Positions 37,071 to 49,654 of a DNA stretch of 62,000 bases are shown here, in pieces (within the stretch, counting starts at the first letter, position 1; the number at the start of each line of letters is the position of its first letter). This DNA comes from Chiloscyllium plagiosum (lineage: Eukaryota): assembly GCF_004010195.1 (NCBI RefSeq), contig NC_057718.1, positions 4,086,958 through 4,148,957 on the forward strand. Direction: 5' to 3'. The notes under the pieces were generated by a model that saw only the letters and a list, made by a program, of their open reading frames with translations, had not been told where the DNA came from and did no database searches. The translations under genes were made by a program, and so were the position numbers.

Positions 37071-37249
37071 GTTCTCTGGGGATATGGGATGTGTCACCTC
37101 ATTGATGCGGCTGTGGGTAGTGAACTGGGGGCTGTGAGACCGGGTGTACGTTCCAGTTTCTAGAAACTTAGGGTCATTGTCACTTTCTCAGCCACTGTCA
37201 CTACCATCTTGCCCTGCCCTGAGATTGAGAGCTTCCCACAGCAATCACG

Positions 37250-37608
37250 GGATGACACTGTGGCTCAGTGGTTAGCACTGCAGCCTCACAGCATCAGGGA
37301 CCCAGGTTCGATTCCAGCCTTGGGTGACTATCCTGGTGGAGTTTGCACGTTCTCCCTGTGTCTGCGTGGGTTTCCTCCAGGTGGTTTGGTTTCCTCCCAT
37401 AGTCCAAAGGTGTGCGAGTTATGTTGATTAGCCATGCTAAATTGTCCATAGTGGCCAGGAATATGCAGACTAGGTGGATTAGCCATGGGAAATGTAGGAT
37501 TTCAGGGTAGGTTAGGGAGTTGGATCTGGGTAGGTTTCTCTTCAGAGGGTCAGTGTACACTTGATGGGCTGAATGGCCTGCTTCCACACTGTAGAGATTC
37601 TATGATTC
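37250..37608 (+). mobile_element. HE1-type SINE, full length
   Basis: tggctcagtgg A box, ggttcgattcc B box, CR1-like tail. Confidence 0.9.
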
Positions 37609-37699
37609 AATGGATGTACAAGCCATGGTTATAGCGGAAAAGGAAATGTGCTTCCTGAATGGCCTGGGTGGATGTAGAGGCTCCTACTGGGTCCCATTT

Positions 37700-37815
37700 C
37701 TCCCATCCCTCCCTTCGTTTTTCTCTCTCTCTCTCTCTCTCTGTCTCTCTTTCTCTCCCTTTCTCACTAAGTTCTGAGCAACCTCTCTATCTCCTCCCTC
37801 CCCCTTTCCCTCTTC
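37700..37815. repeat. (CT)n / polypyrimidine tract
   Basis: Directly visible. Confidence 0.9.
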
Positions 37816-38369
37816 TGAGGGAGGAGAATGCCTACTGTCAGTGAGGATGTGGTAAGTCAGTACAGACGGCCTGCTCTCAAAACCAACACATGTTCCCCTT
37901 CCTGTATAACGGTGTCAGGCTTGTGAAACCACACAGCACTTCCACAAACTCAGAGCCAGCAGCAAACAATCAGCAAAACTTGAAAAAGCTGATTCTGATC
38001 CAATTAAATATTGCTGGAATTTTATAGAGGTGGGGAGGGTAATGAGGTGTATCTGTTCTTGAGTCATGTCTGACTGTGTCTTCTGCTTAATGCAGAAAAA
38101 TGGCCATGTTGACATCAATTAACAATGGGGGAGGTGTGAGTGTTGTGACAATGTCACTAAACTCATGATATAACTGAAATGCTGTCGTGACTAGGTTTAA
38201 ACTCCACCACAGCAGATGGTGGAATTTAGATTCAATTAATCCTCTGAAATTAAAACACAAAAGACCTACCTTGACACTGGGAGCAATGAGTTGGATTTTC
38301 CAACTAAGTTCTAGGGGTCGAGATGAGATTCTCACCATGGAGCAGCAAGATGCCTATTAATGGTTTCAC

Positions 38370-39150
38370 TTTATTTACTTTCCCTGACAGAGCAGGGAAT
38401 GTCATTGAGTTCTTGCAGCATTGTTAGGCATCCATCCAGATGGTTCACATCAATTCCACATTCGACCAAGAGTGGCATCAAGGAGCCCGAGTAAAACTTA
38501 ACCTCAACAAGTATCAGGAGGCAAACTCTCCATTGCCTGGAGTCATACCTGGCACATAGGGAGATGACTGTATTGTTGGAGGTCAGACATCTCAACCCTA
38601 GGACATCTCTGCAGGAGTTCCTCATGGTAGTATCCTAGGCCCAACCATCTTGAGCTGCTTCATCAGTGACCTTCTCTCCGTCATAAGATCAGAAGTGGGG
38701 GATGTTCGTTGATGATTGCACAATGTTCAGCACTATTTGCAACTCCTCAGATATTAAATCAGTCCATGTTCAAATGCAACAAGATCTGGACAAATCCAGG
38801 CTTGGGCTAACAAGTGGCAAGTAACATTCACGCCACACAAATGCCAACCTATGATCATCACCAATAAGAGACATTCTAACCACCGCATTTGACATTCAAT
38901 GGTGTCACCATCACTAAATTCCCCACTATCAACATTGTTGGGATCACTATTGACCAGAAACTCAACTGGGCTCACCACATAAACATGATGACTACTAGCG
39001 CAGATCAGAGGCTAGGACTATTGGGGCAAATAACTCATCACCTGTCTCCCCAGAGCCTATCCACCATCTACAAGGCATAAGTCAGGAATGTGACAGAATA
39101 TTCCCCACTTGCCTGGATGGGTGTAGTTCCAATAACATTCACGATGCTAA
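38370..39150 (+). mobile_element. L2/CR1-group LINE RT fragment; resumes after the nested CR1s (about 42065-42150, 44430-44748)
   Basis: GVPHGSILGPTILSCFISDL, MFVDDCT, GITIDQKLNW motifs. Confidence 0.75.
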
Positions 39151-39154
39151 ACAT

Positions 39155-42055
39155 TTGTGGGTCAGAAGGGATGGGAGAGAATAGGAGAGCAATAGGGATA
39201 GGTGATTCAATGGTTAGAGGAACAGACAAGAAATACTATGGTCATCAACAAGACTCCCAGATGGTATGTTCCCTCCCAGGTGCCAGGGTCAAGGATGTCT
39301 CAGATCAAATCGTAAGGGGGAGGGGGAGCAGGCAGAAGTCTTAATACACATCAGAAAAGGGATGAGGGCCTGAAAAGTGAATATAAGGAGTTAGGTTGGA
39401 AGGTAAAAGGCAGGAAAAGCAGAATAGTAATCTCAGGAATGCTACCGGTGGCACAGGTTAGTGAGGCTAGGAACAGAGAGTGAGTGCAGTTGTACATGTG
39501 GCTGCAGGCCTAGTGTAGGGGGGAGGGCTTCAGATATATGGATCATTGGAATACCTTCTGGGGAAGGTGGGACTTGTACAAGGAGGAAGAGTTGCACCTG
39601 AACTGGAGGGGCACCAATATCCTGGGTGGGAGGTTTGCTCAACCTCTTCAGGAGCATTTAAACTAGTTTGATTGGGTGGGTGGGAACTGGAGCTATGGAT
39701 CGAAGGATAGGGTAGCTGGATGAACAGACAGATACAGTGTGCAGAGAGTCTGTGAGGAAGGATAGACAGTTGACAGGGCAAAGTTGCAGTCAGTATGATG
39801 GGTTCAGGTGTGTTTATTTTAGCGCTTTAACTACTAGAGCAGGTCAGAGGCTAGGAATACTATGGCATTTTAATGCAAGAAGTGTCAGGAATAAGAATGA
39901 TGAACTTAAAGCATGGATCAGTACTTGGAGTTACAATGTTATGGCCATTATGGAGATTTGGATATCACAAGGACATGAATTGTTGTTGGATGTTCTGGGG
40001 TGAGATGTTTCAAAATAAATAGGGATGGAGGTAAAAGAGGTGATGGAGTGGCATAGCTAACCAGGGATAGTATCACAGCTGCAGAAAGGTGGGAGGGTTT
40101 GTCTCCAGGGTCAGTATAAGTGGAAATCAGAAACAAGAAAGTAGCAGTCATTTTATTGAGAGTTTTCAATAGATGCCCCAATAGCGACAGAGACACAATG
40201 GAGCAGATTGGGAGGCAGATTTTGGAAAGGTGCAGAAATAACAGGGTTGTTGTCATGGGTGACTTTAACTTCCCTAATATTGATTGGAACCTCCTTCGTG
40301 CAAATAGTTTGAATGGAGTGGTTTTGTCAGGTGTGTCCAGGAAGGTTTCTTGACTTAATATGTAGATAGGTCGACTAGAGGGGTGGCCACATTGGATTTG
40401 GTGCTTGGTAACAAACCTGGTCAGGTGTCAGGTCTCGGTGGGAGAGTATTTCAGTGATTGTGATCACATCCCCCGATCTTTACTATACTCATGGAGTGGG
40501 ATAGGAGTTGAATTATGGGAAATAATTTAATTGCGGGAGGAGGAATTGCAATGCTATTAGGCAGGAACTGTGTTGCATAAACTGGGAACAGATATTCTTA
40601 TGGAAATGCACAAAACAGAAATGTGGAGACTGTTTAGGGTGCATTTGCTGCAAGTGTTGGATAGGTTTGTCCCACTGAGGCAAGGAAGGGATGGTAGGAT
40701 GAAGGAACCTTGGATGACGAGAGATGTGGAATATCTAGTGAAGAGGAAGTAGGAAGATTAATTATAGTTGAGGAAGCAAGGATCAGCCAGGGCTGTCAAG
40801 GATTACAAGGAAGGAACTGAAGAATGGACTTAGGAGAGCTAGAACGGGATACAAAAAAGCTTTAGTGGATAGAATTAAGAAAAACCCCAAGGCATTCTAT
40901 ACTTATGTGAGGAGCAAGAGGATGGCCAGAGTGAAGGTAGGGCCGAACAGGGATAGTGGATAGTTGGAGGAGGAAGGAGAGGTCCTTAATGAATACTTTT
41001 CTTCAGTATTCACTAGTGAGAGGGACCTTCTCGTTTGTGAGGACAGCGTGAAATAAGCTGATATGCTTGAACAGGTTGATGTCAAGAAGGAGGATGTGCT
41101 GAAAATTTTAAAAAACGTAAGGATGGATGAGTCTCCTGGCCGAGACTGGAGAACCCCAAGGTTGCTACAGGAATTAAGGGAAGACATTGCTGCACCTTTG
41201 GGTGATGACTTTTGCATCCTCACTATCCACTGGAGTAGTACCAGAAGATTGGAGGGCGGAAAATGTTATTCCCTTGTTCAAGAAAGGGAATAGGATAACC
41301 TTGGGGCTTACAGACCAGTCAGTCTTACATCAGTGATAGGCAAACATTAGAGACGACTCTGAGAGACAGGATTTATGATTATTTGGAAAAGCATAATTTG
41401 ATGAGAGATAGTCTGCATGGCTTTGTGATGTGCAGGTCATGCCTCACAAACCTTATTGAATTCTTTGAGGATGTGACAAAACACATTGATGAAGGTAGAG
41501 CAGTGGATGTGGTGTACATGGATTTCAGCAAGGCATTTGATAAGCTTCCCAATTGTAGGCTCATTCAGAAAGTAAGGAGGCATGGGATACATGGACATTT
41601 GACTGTGTTAATACAGAACTGGTAAGTCCACAGAAGACAGAGTGTGGTAGTAGATGGAAAGTATTCAGTCTGGAACTCAGTAACCAGTGGTGTTCCACAG
41701 GGATCTGCAATGGGACCTCAGCTCATTGTGATTTTTATAAATGACTTGGATGAGAAAGTGGAAGAGTAGATTAGTAAAAATGGCTATCACAAGGGGGCAT
41801 AATTTTAAGGTGACTGGAGGAAGGTTTAGGAGAGATGTCAGAAGTAGGTTGTTTTGGCAGAAAGTGGTGAGTGCGTGAAATGCACTGCCAGCAGTGGTAG
41901 TAGAGTCAGAAACATGACGGACATTTAAGAGATTCTTGGCTAGACACATGGAAGATAGCACAATGAAGGGTGTGTAGGTAAGTTTGGTCTTAGAGTAAGA
42001 TAAAGGTTGGCACAACATCAAGGGCCGAAGGGCCTGTACTGTTCTATGTTCTACG
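39155..42055 (+). mobile_element. Decayed CR1 LINE (ORF1 esterase, endonuclease, RT, internal deletion, tail)
   Basis: IGDSMVRG/LPGARV; VVMGDFNFPNIDW; HGFVMCRSCLTNLIEFF, YMDFSKAFD. Confidence 0.9.
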
Positions 42056-42463
42056 TTGTATCATCTAGGAAAAGGCAGCCTGCTTGAATGGCATCACACC
42101 CACAAGCATCTGCTTCTTCCATCACCAACACTCAGTAGCAGTCGTGTCTACAAGCTAGAGTCAGAGAGTCAGGAAGTCCTACAGTACAGAGTGTCTTCTG
42201 CACTCTTTCCAGTTTAATAACAGCCTTCCTGGAGCAAGATGATTAAACTAAACATAATACTCCAAGTGTGGCCTCATCAACTGTACAACTGCAATATAAG
42301 TTTCCACCTTCTATACTCAATACCCTGACTGATGAAGCCTTCCTTCACTATCCTATCTGCTTGACCTCACTTTCAGAGAACGGTGCACCTGAACTCCAAG
42401 GTCACTCTGTTCCACTATACTTCTTAAGCCCCTACCATTCACCATGCACAACATCAAGGGCTG

Positions 42464-42607
42464 CTGGAGCAACTTTCCTCATTCCTGAAGAAGGGCTAAT
42501 GCCCGAAACGTCGATTCTCCTGTTCCCTAGATGCTGCCTGACCTGCTGCGCTTTTCCAGCAACACATTTCCATCTCTGATCTCCAGCATCTGCAGACCTC
42601 ACTTTCT
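42464..42607 (+). mobile_element. Penelope pLTR mini-insert with hammerhead-like core
   Basis: CTGAAGA-agggc/gccc-GAAACGTC at 42485-42512; catcaagggctg duplicated at 42452 and 42608. Confidence 0.8.
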
Positions 42608-42669
42608 CATCAAGGGCTGAAGGGCCTGTACTGTGCTGTACTGTTTAATGTTCTATGAAATTCCTACTT

Positions 42670-44378
42670 TTAGCAAGGCAGCCTATGTGTAGAGCTGCAG
42701 GAAATGGAAGAGATATTAAACGAACACTTTGCATCAGTGTTTACCGTGGAGAAGAACATGGAAGATATAGAATGTGTGGAAATAAATAGTGACATCTTGA
42801 AAAATGCCCATATTACAGAGGAGCAGATGCTGGATGACTTGAAACACATAAAAGTGGATAAATCCTCAGGACCTGATCAGCTGTACCCCAGAACTCTGGG
42901 AAGCTAGGGAAGTGATTGCTTGAAACCTTGTTGAGATATTTGGATCAATAATAGCCACAGGTGAGATGCCGGAAGACTGGAGGGTGGCTTACTATTTAAG
43001 AAAGGTGTTAAGGACAAGCCAGGTAATTATAGACTGGTGAACCTGATCTCAGTGGTGGGCAAGTTGTTGGAAAGAATCCTGAGGGAGAGGGTGTTCATGT
43101 ATTTGAAAAGGCAAGGACTGATTAGGGGTAGTCAGCATGGCTTTTGCATGGGAAATCATGCCTCACAAACTTGATCAGTTTTTTGAAGAAGTAACAAAGG
43201 GGATTGATGGGGGCAGAGAGATGGATGTGATCTATATGGACTTCAGTAAGACGTTTGACAAGGTTCTCCATGGGCGACTGTTTAGCAAGGTTAGATTTTA
43301 CAGAATACAGGGAGAATTAGCCATTTGGACACAGAACTGGCTCGATGGTAGAAGACAGAGGGTGGTGGTGGAGGGTTGCTTTGCAGACTGGAGGCCTGTG
43401 ACCAGTGGTGAGCCACTAGGATTGGTGCTGGGTCCACTACTATTGGTCATTTATATAAATGATTGGTGTGAATATAAGAGGTATAGTTAATACGTTTGCG
43501 GATGACACTAAAATTGGAGGTGTAGTGGACAGCGAAGAAGGTTACCTCAGAGTATAACAGAATCTAGATAAGATGCAAATCAGAGTAGGACTTATGCACT
43601 TAATGATAATTTCCTGGGAAGTATTGCTAAACAAAGAGATTTTGGAGTGCAGGTTCAGAGTTCCTTGAAAGTAGAGTTGCAGGTAGATAGGAAAGTGAAG
43701 AAGGCGTTTGGTATGCTTCCCTTTATTGGTCAGTGCATTGAGTATAGAAGTTGGGAGGTCATGTTGCGGCTGTACAGGATATAGGTGAGGTCACATTTGG
43801 CATATTGCATGCAGTTCTGTTGGTGAGGTCACATTTGGCATATTGCATGCAGTTCTGTTCCCGTTCCTATCAGGAGGGTGTTGTGAAACTTGAAAGGGTT
43901 CAGAAAAGATTTATAAGGATGTTGCCAGGGTTGGAGGATTTCAGCTACAGGGAGAGGCTGTGTGGTCTGGGGGTGTTTTACCTGGAGCATTGGAGGCTGA
44001 GGGGTGACCTAATCGAGGTTTATAAAATTATAAGGGGCATAGATAAGGTAAATGGACAAGGTCTTTCTCCTGGGGTAGAGGGAGTCAGAACTAGAGGACA
44101 TAGATTTAGGGTGAGAGTAGAGAGATATAAAAGGGACCTAAGAGGCCACTTTATCACGCAGACGGTGGTACATTTATGGAATGAGTTGCCAGCGGAAGTG
44201 GTAGAGGCTGGTACAATTACAGCATTTAAAAGGCATCTGGATGGGTATATGAATAGGGAGGGTTTAGAGGGATATGGCTAAATGCTGGCAAATGGGACTA
44301 GATTATGTTAGGATATCTGGTCGGCACGGACAAATTGGACTGAAGGGTCTGTTTCTGTGCTGCACATCTCTGTGACTT
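42670..44378 (+). mobile_element. CR1 LINE RT/3' portion with internal 38-bp tandem duplication (43784-43859)
   Basis: ORFs 42704-42907, 43137-43490, 43751-44281. Confidence 0.9.
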
Positions 44379-45409
44379 TCCAAATGCAACACTTCACACT
44401 GAATTGTTGCAAAAATTCAACAAAGTTCCTCACATAGTGCCTTCCAAATTCACGACCACTTCCGTCTCGAAAGGTAAGGGCAGCAGATACATGTGAAACC
44501 ATCCCCTGCACTTTCCCCTCCAAGTCATTCACCATCCTGACATGGAATATTATCACAGTCCCTTCAATGTTGCTGGCTCAAAATCCTGGAATTCCCTCCC
44601 TAAGGGCATTGTGGATCAACCCACACCACATGGACTACAATGGTTTAAGAAGGCAGCTTACCCCCACCTTCTCAATGGTCAGCTAGGGCTGGGCAAAATA
44701 AATGCTAGCCTAGCCAGTAACGTCCATGTCCAACCATTGAATAAAAAACGTAAGGGTTTATGGAGACAATGAATGTAAAAAACATTGAAGTGCTTGATCA
44801 GCCATGATTGAATTACATGGTGGGACAGGCTCAATGGGCTGAATGGCCCTACTCCTGTTCCTATGGAGCAAGAATTTAACTTACAATTATTTCGGTAGAG
44901 GTGAAGTTTTCAGTTGTTTAATTTAAAGATGTTCATATAACTGGCAAAGAAAGTAATCTTTATTGACAGTACATATGAAGGACAGTGAGTGCTGTGTTCC
45001 CCATGGGTTTGTGTCGAATGTGGTTATTGTTTGTTTAAGGGCAACATGCTGGGGATTTAGTCACTTGGATGGCTAGTTTGCAATGTCGAGTGATGCCAAC
45101 AGTGTGGATTCAATTCCTGAGCTAGCTTGAGGTCACCATGGAGGCCCTGTCTTTGCTCATGGGGAACCCTCAAACAGAAATACAACCAATTAACCCTCTA
45201 TAATGAGACAGAAGGGTTCTAGCAACTTTACCTTAAATTCAATATGTTACTACTGTCAATGTGAAATCAGGTCTACATTAGTGTAGATGGGATAATGCAA
45301 CTACCTCTTTCATTGTTCTTTGGGAGGTGTGCTTTGCGTTTGTGATTTATACATATTTGAATATTATTTATTTTCACTTCTCCACATAGGCAGTACAGTG
45401 CAAGGAACT

Positions 45410-45708
45410 CAGGCTTAATTCCAGCCTCAGGGGCTGTCTGTGTGGTACTTGCACATTCTCCTCATGTCTGCGTGGTTTTCCTCCAGGTGTTGTGGTTTCC
45501 TCCTACATTCCAAAGATGTGCAGGGTAGGTAGATTGGCCAAGCTAAATTGCCCAAGGTGTTCAGGGATGTGCAGACTAGGTGGATTAGCCATGGGAAATG
45601 AAGGGTTACAGGGATAGGGGTGTTGGTCTGGGTGGGATGCTCTTTGGAGGATTGGTGTGGACTTGATGAGCCAAATGGCATGCTTCCACGCTGTAGGGAT
45701 TATATGAT
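45410..45708 (+). mobile_element. HE1-type SINE, 5'-truncated
   Basis: Matches 37250-37608. Confidence 0.85.
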
Positions 45709-48029
45709 AACATGAATTGGATTCATAGCACTGTACAAAGCTACATTTTATGATGCAATTAATGTGATCATTGATTTAAAATGACATTCTCACTGAGATA
45801 AAATGGGTAAAAGCCAGTCTTCAGTATTTGAATAATTGCCAAGAAATGAGTCACTCATTGCAGAATAGACACAAGAGGAACCAGAACAGTGTGCCTACTG
45901 GGTGAGAGCCAACTACCTGAGTTAATTACAGATGCTTATACACAGGTAAGCTTCATCAATTTAACACTCAGAGCTACTGGAATAAGAGGAAAGATTCACA
46001 AGGACCTTATCCTGGTTTTGTAACTTGACAAGGATCTTTACTGAATAAAAAGAACAGCTTGTTTGGCTTTGTTACAAAAATAAAGACATATTTCTGAAAG
46101 TTAAAATGAAATGAGAATGGGATAGACACAGATTACAGCCATTCATAGAATGATATAGTACTGGAAGGGCCCTTCAACCTATCAAATCTGTATCACCAAA
46201 GACTATGTCTCCACTAGTCCCACTTTCCTGTACTAGGCTCATAGCTTCAAATGTTATGACATTTCAAGTGCTCATCCAAGTTATTTTTAAAGGTTATGAG
46301 GATTCCCACCTTAACTACACTCCCAGGCAGAATATTCCAGAAACAACTCCCCCCCCGCCCCCCAAGAAAAAAGCTTCTGGGAGCAAAATACTCCCTCACA
46401 TCCCCTCTAAACCTCCTGCCTTTCACTTTGAAATGCCCCTCCCTGACTGCATGTAGATTGAGGAACTTCAGGACTTCCTCTTAAAAGAAAGGATTTCATG
46501 ATATTTATTTAAATACCTCCTTCATTTGTTGTTGGATTCAAAAATGTGTTAAGTTTAATGTCAAATTATCATGTTACGACTATTTTCAGGTGGATCTATA
46601 GACAACGTTCTTTATTAAGTGAAGATTTTACTGATTATTTACTTCAATATCGATTTGTTATTATAAAAAGGAATTGGCTAAGTTTCATTACCCAATTCTC
46701 GACATATTGTAATCACTAAATGAGTGTAATATTGGATTTATTCTTAGAATAAAGATTTTTAAGCAATTATTAGAAAGTTGTAGTCTCATATTTAGCTCTT
46801 CAAAGACCCAACAATCAAATCAAAATGAGTAGGGGAAGATTTCTACCAGAGTCCATTTGATACCCAATCAGCAGTGTCCTTTCGTCCAGCCTTAATGTTG
46901 GTTTCCCCATGGATTGGTATTCTTATGAAGTGTCCTGAAAGAGAAAGATAGATATCTGTGACAAATTTTATCTTTTGCAACATAATCTAATATTCTAAAA
47001 TGATGGAAGTCATTTCAAATCTGTTTCTCTCTCCACAGATGCTGCCAGATCTGCTGAGCTTCTTTAGCATTCTCTGCATTTGTTTCAGATTTCTGGCATT
47101 TGCTGTATTTTGCCTTTAATCTATCCTCAGATAATATTGTTACTTTGAAAACTCCTACAAGTACGGTTCTTTTATTATAGTAGCAGTGACTGAGTTTCTT
47201 TAATGATCTGAAATCTCTCCTTCTTAAGGTTTCAGTCAAACAATAAAGATGGGTTTTCCCATGCAGGTGTGGGGTTATAGCTCCCAGAAGTAATATGGTT
47301 AATGTGAGGAATATGGTTCCTAGAGGAGATACAGATACAGGGATAGAATAAATAGCAATCTATTGTCACTTATATTAATGAAAATACAGTGAGATTTGTA
47401 GGAGTACCATTTTAATTATAGAAATTATAAAAATAAATAATTGAGACAAAGTTAGGACACATTTCATCTTTTGTTCCCTCCTGGGATGATGGAGTGGCTC
47501 CTGATGCTGCCAAAGCAACGATTTCTGGACCAGACCCTCCACACTGTCACGCTGAAACCAAACTGAAGCCACTGCATCAATATCATAGCCAGGAGGAAGA
47601 AACTGGTCCCACCCAGACACTGATGCTGAAGCCATTACTCAAACTGTACCATTTTGCTTCCTACCCAGAGCCACAACAGCCGTGAGGAACCAAACAGAAG
47701 CATCATGTTGCCACCGCTGAGACTTCTGCACCACCAGAAGGAGGAACGGACCAGACCCAGTCTGACAATGGAGTCTTCGATAAAGCCACGGCCATATGGA
47801 AATGGGGAACAGGCCACTGGATCCACCACATTGCTGCAGCAGGACCTCGCAACAACTTTCCTTCACCGCCACCACAGAAAAGAAGAAAAGATGAACTCTG
47901 ATATAACAGAAAAACGAAGAAACAAAGAAACAAAAAAAAAAGCAGTGAAAATGGCAGCCACCAGGTGAGCGGGAGCTTAAAGGCTCAGAGCCTGAATGCT
48001 GCTGCCGCTATCTTGATATGTTTCCTACA

Positions 48030-48700
48030 GGAGGGAATTTATACACAAAACACAGAAAGCTAGCACACAGGGACAGGAAGGCAAATGGAATGTTGGCACT
48101 TGTTTCAAAGGGGTTGGAGCAGGAGGGAAGTCTTACTGCAACTGTGCAAGGTGCTGGGAGACCATATCTGGTGTACTGGAAGCATTTTGGGTCCCCTCAT
48201 TTAAGAAACAGTATCATTTCATTGGAGGCAATTCAGATCCTAGGGTGAACCCGGGTATGGAAGGATTGTCTTATGAGCAAAGGCTAAACAGATTGGAATT
48301 CTACTCATTGGGGTTTCGAAGAATGGGAGGTGATCTCAAACATACAGAGTTCTTAAGGGGCTTCACTGGATAAACATTGAGAGAATGTTACCCCTCATGG
48401 GAGAGTCTAGGAGCAGAGGGCATAGTTTCAGTAAAAAGGGGCACTAATTTAAAAGTGAAATGAGCAGGAATTTCTTCTCTCAGAGGATTGTGAGTCTCTG
48501 AAACTCCTTATCACAGAGTGGAGACAGAGTGTATGTGTGTCTTTAAAGCTGAGATAGACAGAGGGACTCGATCAGTCGGGGAAATCAAGGATAAGGGGGA
48601 AAGAGTAGAAAAAGTGGACTTGAGAATGTTGGATCAGTCATGATTCTATTGGATGTTGGTTTGAGAGGCTGAATGGCCTACTCCTATTTCTAGAGTCTTA
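48030..48700 (+). mobile_element. CR1 3' fragment
   Basis: RKANGMLALVSKG; tail ggctgaatggcctactcct. Confidence 0.85.
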
Positions 48701-49516
48701 TGGTGGTATAGTTGATGTGGAGGATATGGTCCCTGCAGGAGTTAGGGTTAATGTTTATGGTGGGGGGTTATTTCCTATATGAGAAAGGATTAAAGTGGGG
48801 TACATGGGTTCCTGTAGAAATAGGGTTAATGTGGACAATATGGTTTCTTTAGCAGATAGGATTAATCTTGGGGACATGGTTCCTATATGAGATAGGGTTC
48901 ATATGGGGAATGTGGTTCCTTTACTAGATAGGGTTAATGTGAGTGATGTGGTTCCTGTAGAAAAGGGTTAATGTGGGTATTATGGTTTCTACAGGAATAC
49001 GATTAACCTGGGGGATATCGTTCCTATCAGAATAGGATTAATGTGAGAATATGGTTCCGACACAAGACAGGGTTGATGTGAGGAATATGGTTTCTATACA
49101 AGATAGGGTTCATGTGGGGGATGTGACTCCTTAAGGAATAGGATTAATGTGGGAGAGGTATTATGGTTTCTACAGGAATACGATTAACCTGGGGGATATC
49201 GTTCCTATCGGAATAGGATTAATGTGAGAATATGGTTCCGACACAAGACAGGGTTGATCTGAGGAATATGGTTTCTATACAAGATAGGGTTCATGTGGGG
49301 GATGTGACTCCTTAAGGAATAGGATTAATGTGGGAGATATGTTCTTATCGGAATAGGGTTAATGTGGGTGTTATGGTTCCTATAGGAATAAGGCTAATGT
49401 GGGTGTTATGGTTCCTATAGGAATAAGGTTAATGTGGGGAATATAGTTCCTAAAGAAATAGGGTCAATGTGGAAGAAATGGTTCTTATAGTAGATAAAGC
49501 TATTGTGGGGTATATG
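48700..49516. repeat. About 30-bp degenerate minisatellite (gatagggttaatgtggggaatatggttcct...) with a 181-bp higher-order duplication
   Basis: 48976-49156 repeated at 49157-49337 with two mismatches seen; related units at about 47250-47340. Confidence 0.9.
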
Positions 49517-49654
49517 AATGGACAGAGTGTGGAGACCATCTTGCTTCTAGTACTGTGCCTGTAATGCTGAAACTACTCACTGTGGAGCTGAACCTCACCC
49601 CTCAGCAACTCAGTCCCTTCCAGAGAGATGGAGAGAAACAGGAAACATGGTGTT

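Noticed and set aside
46590..46720. Plus-strand exon-like frame WIYRQRSLLSEDF...
   Set aside because: Acceptor present but no compatible coding partner upstream of gene B's start; could arise by chance
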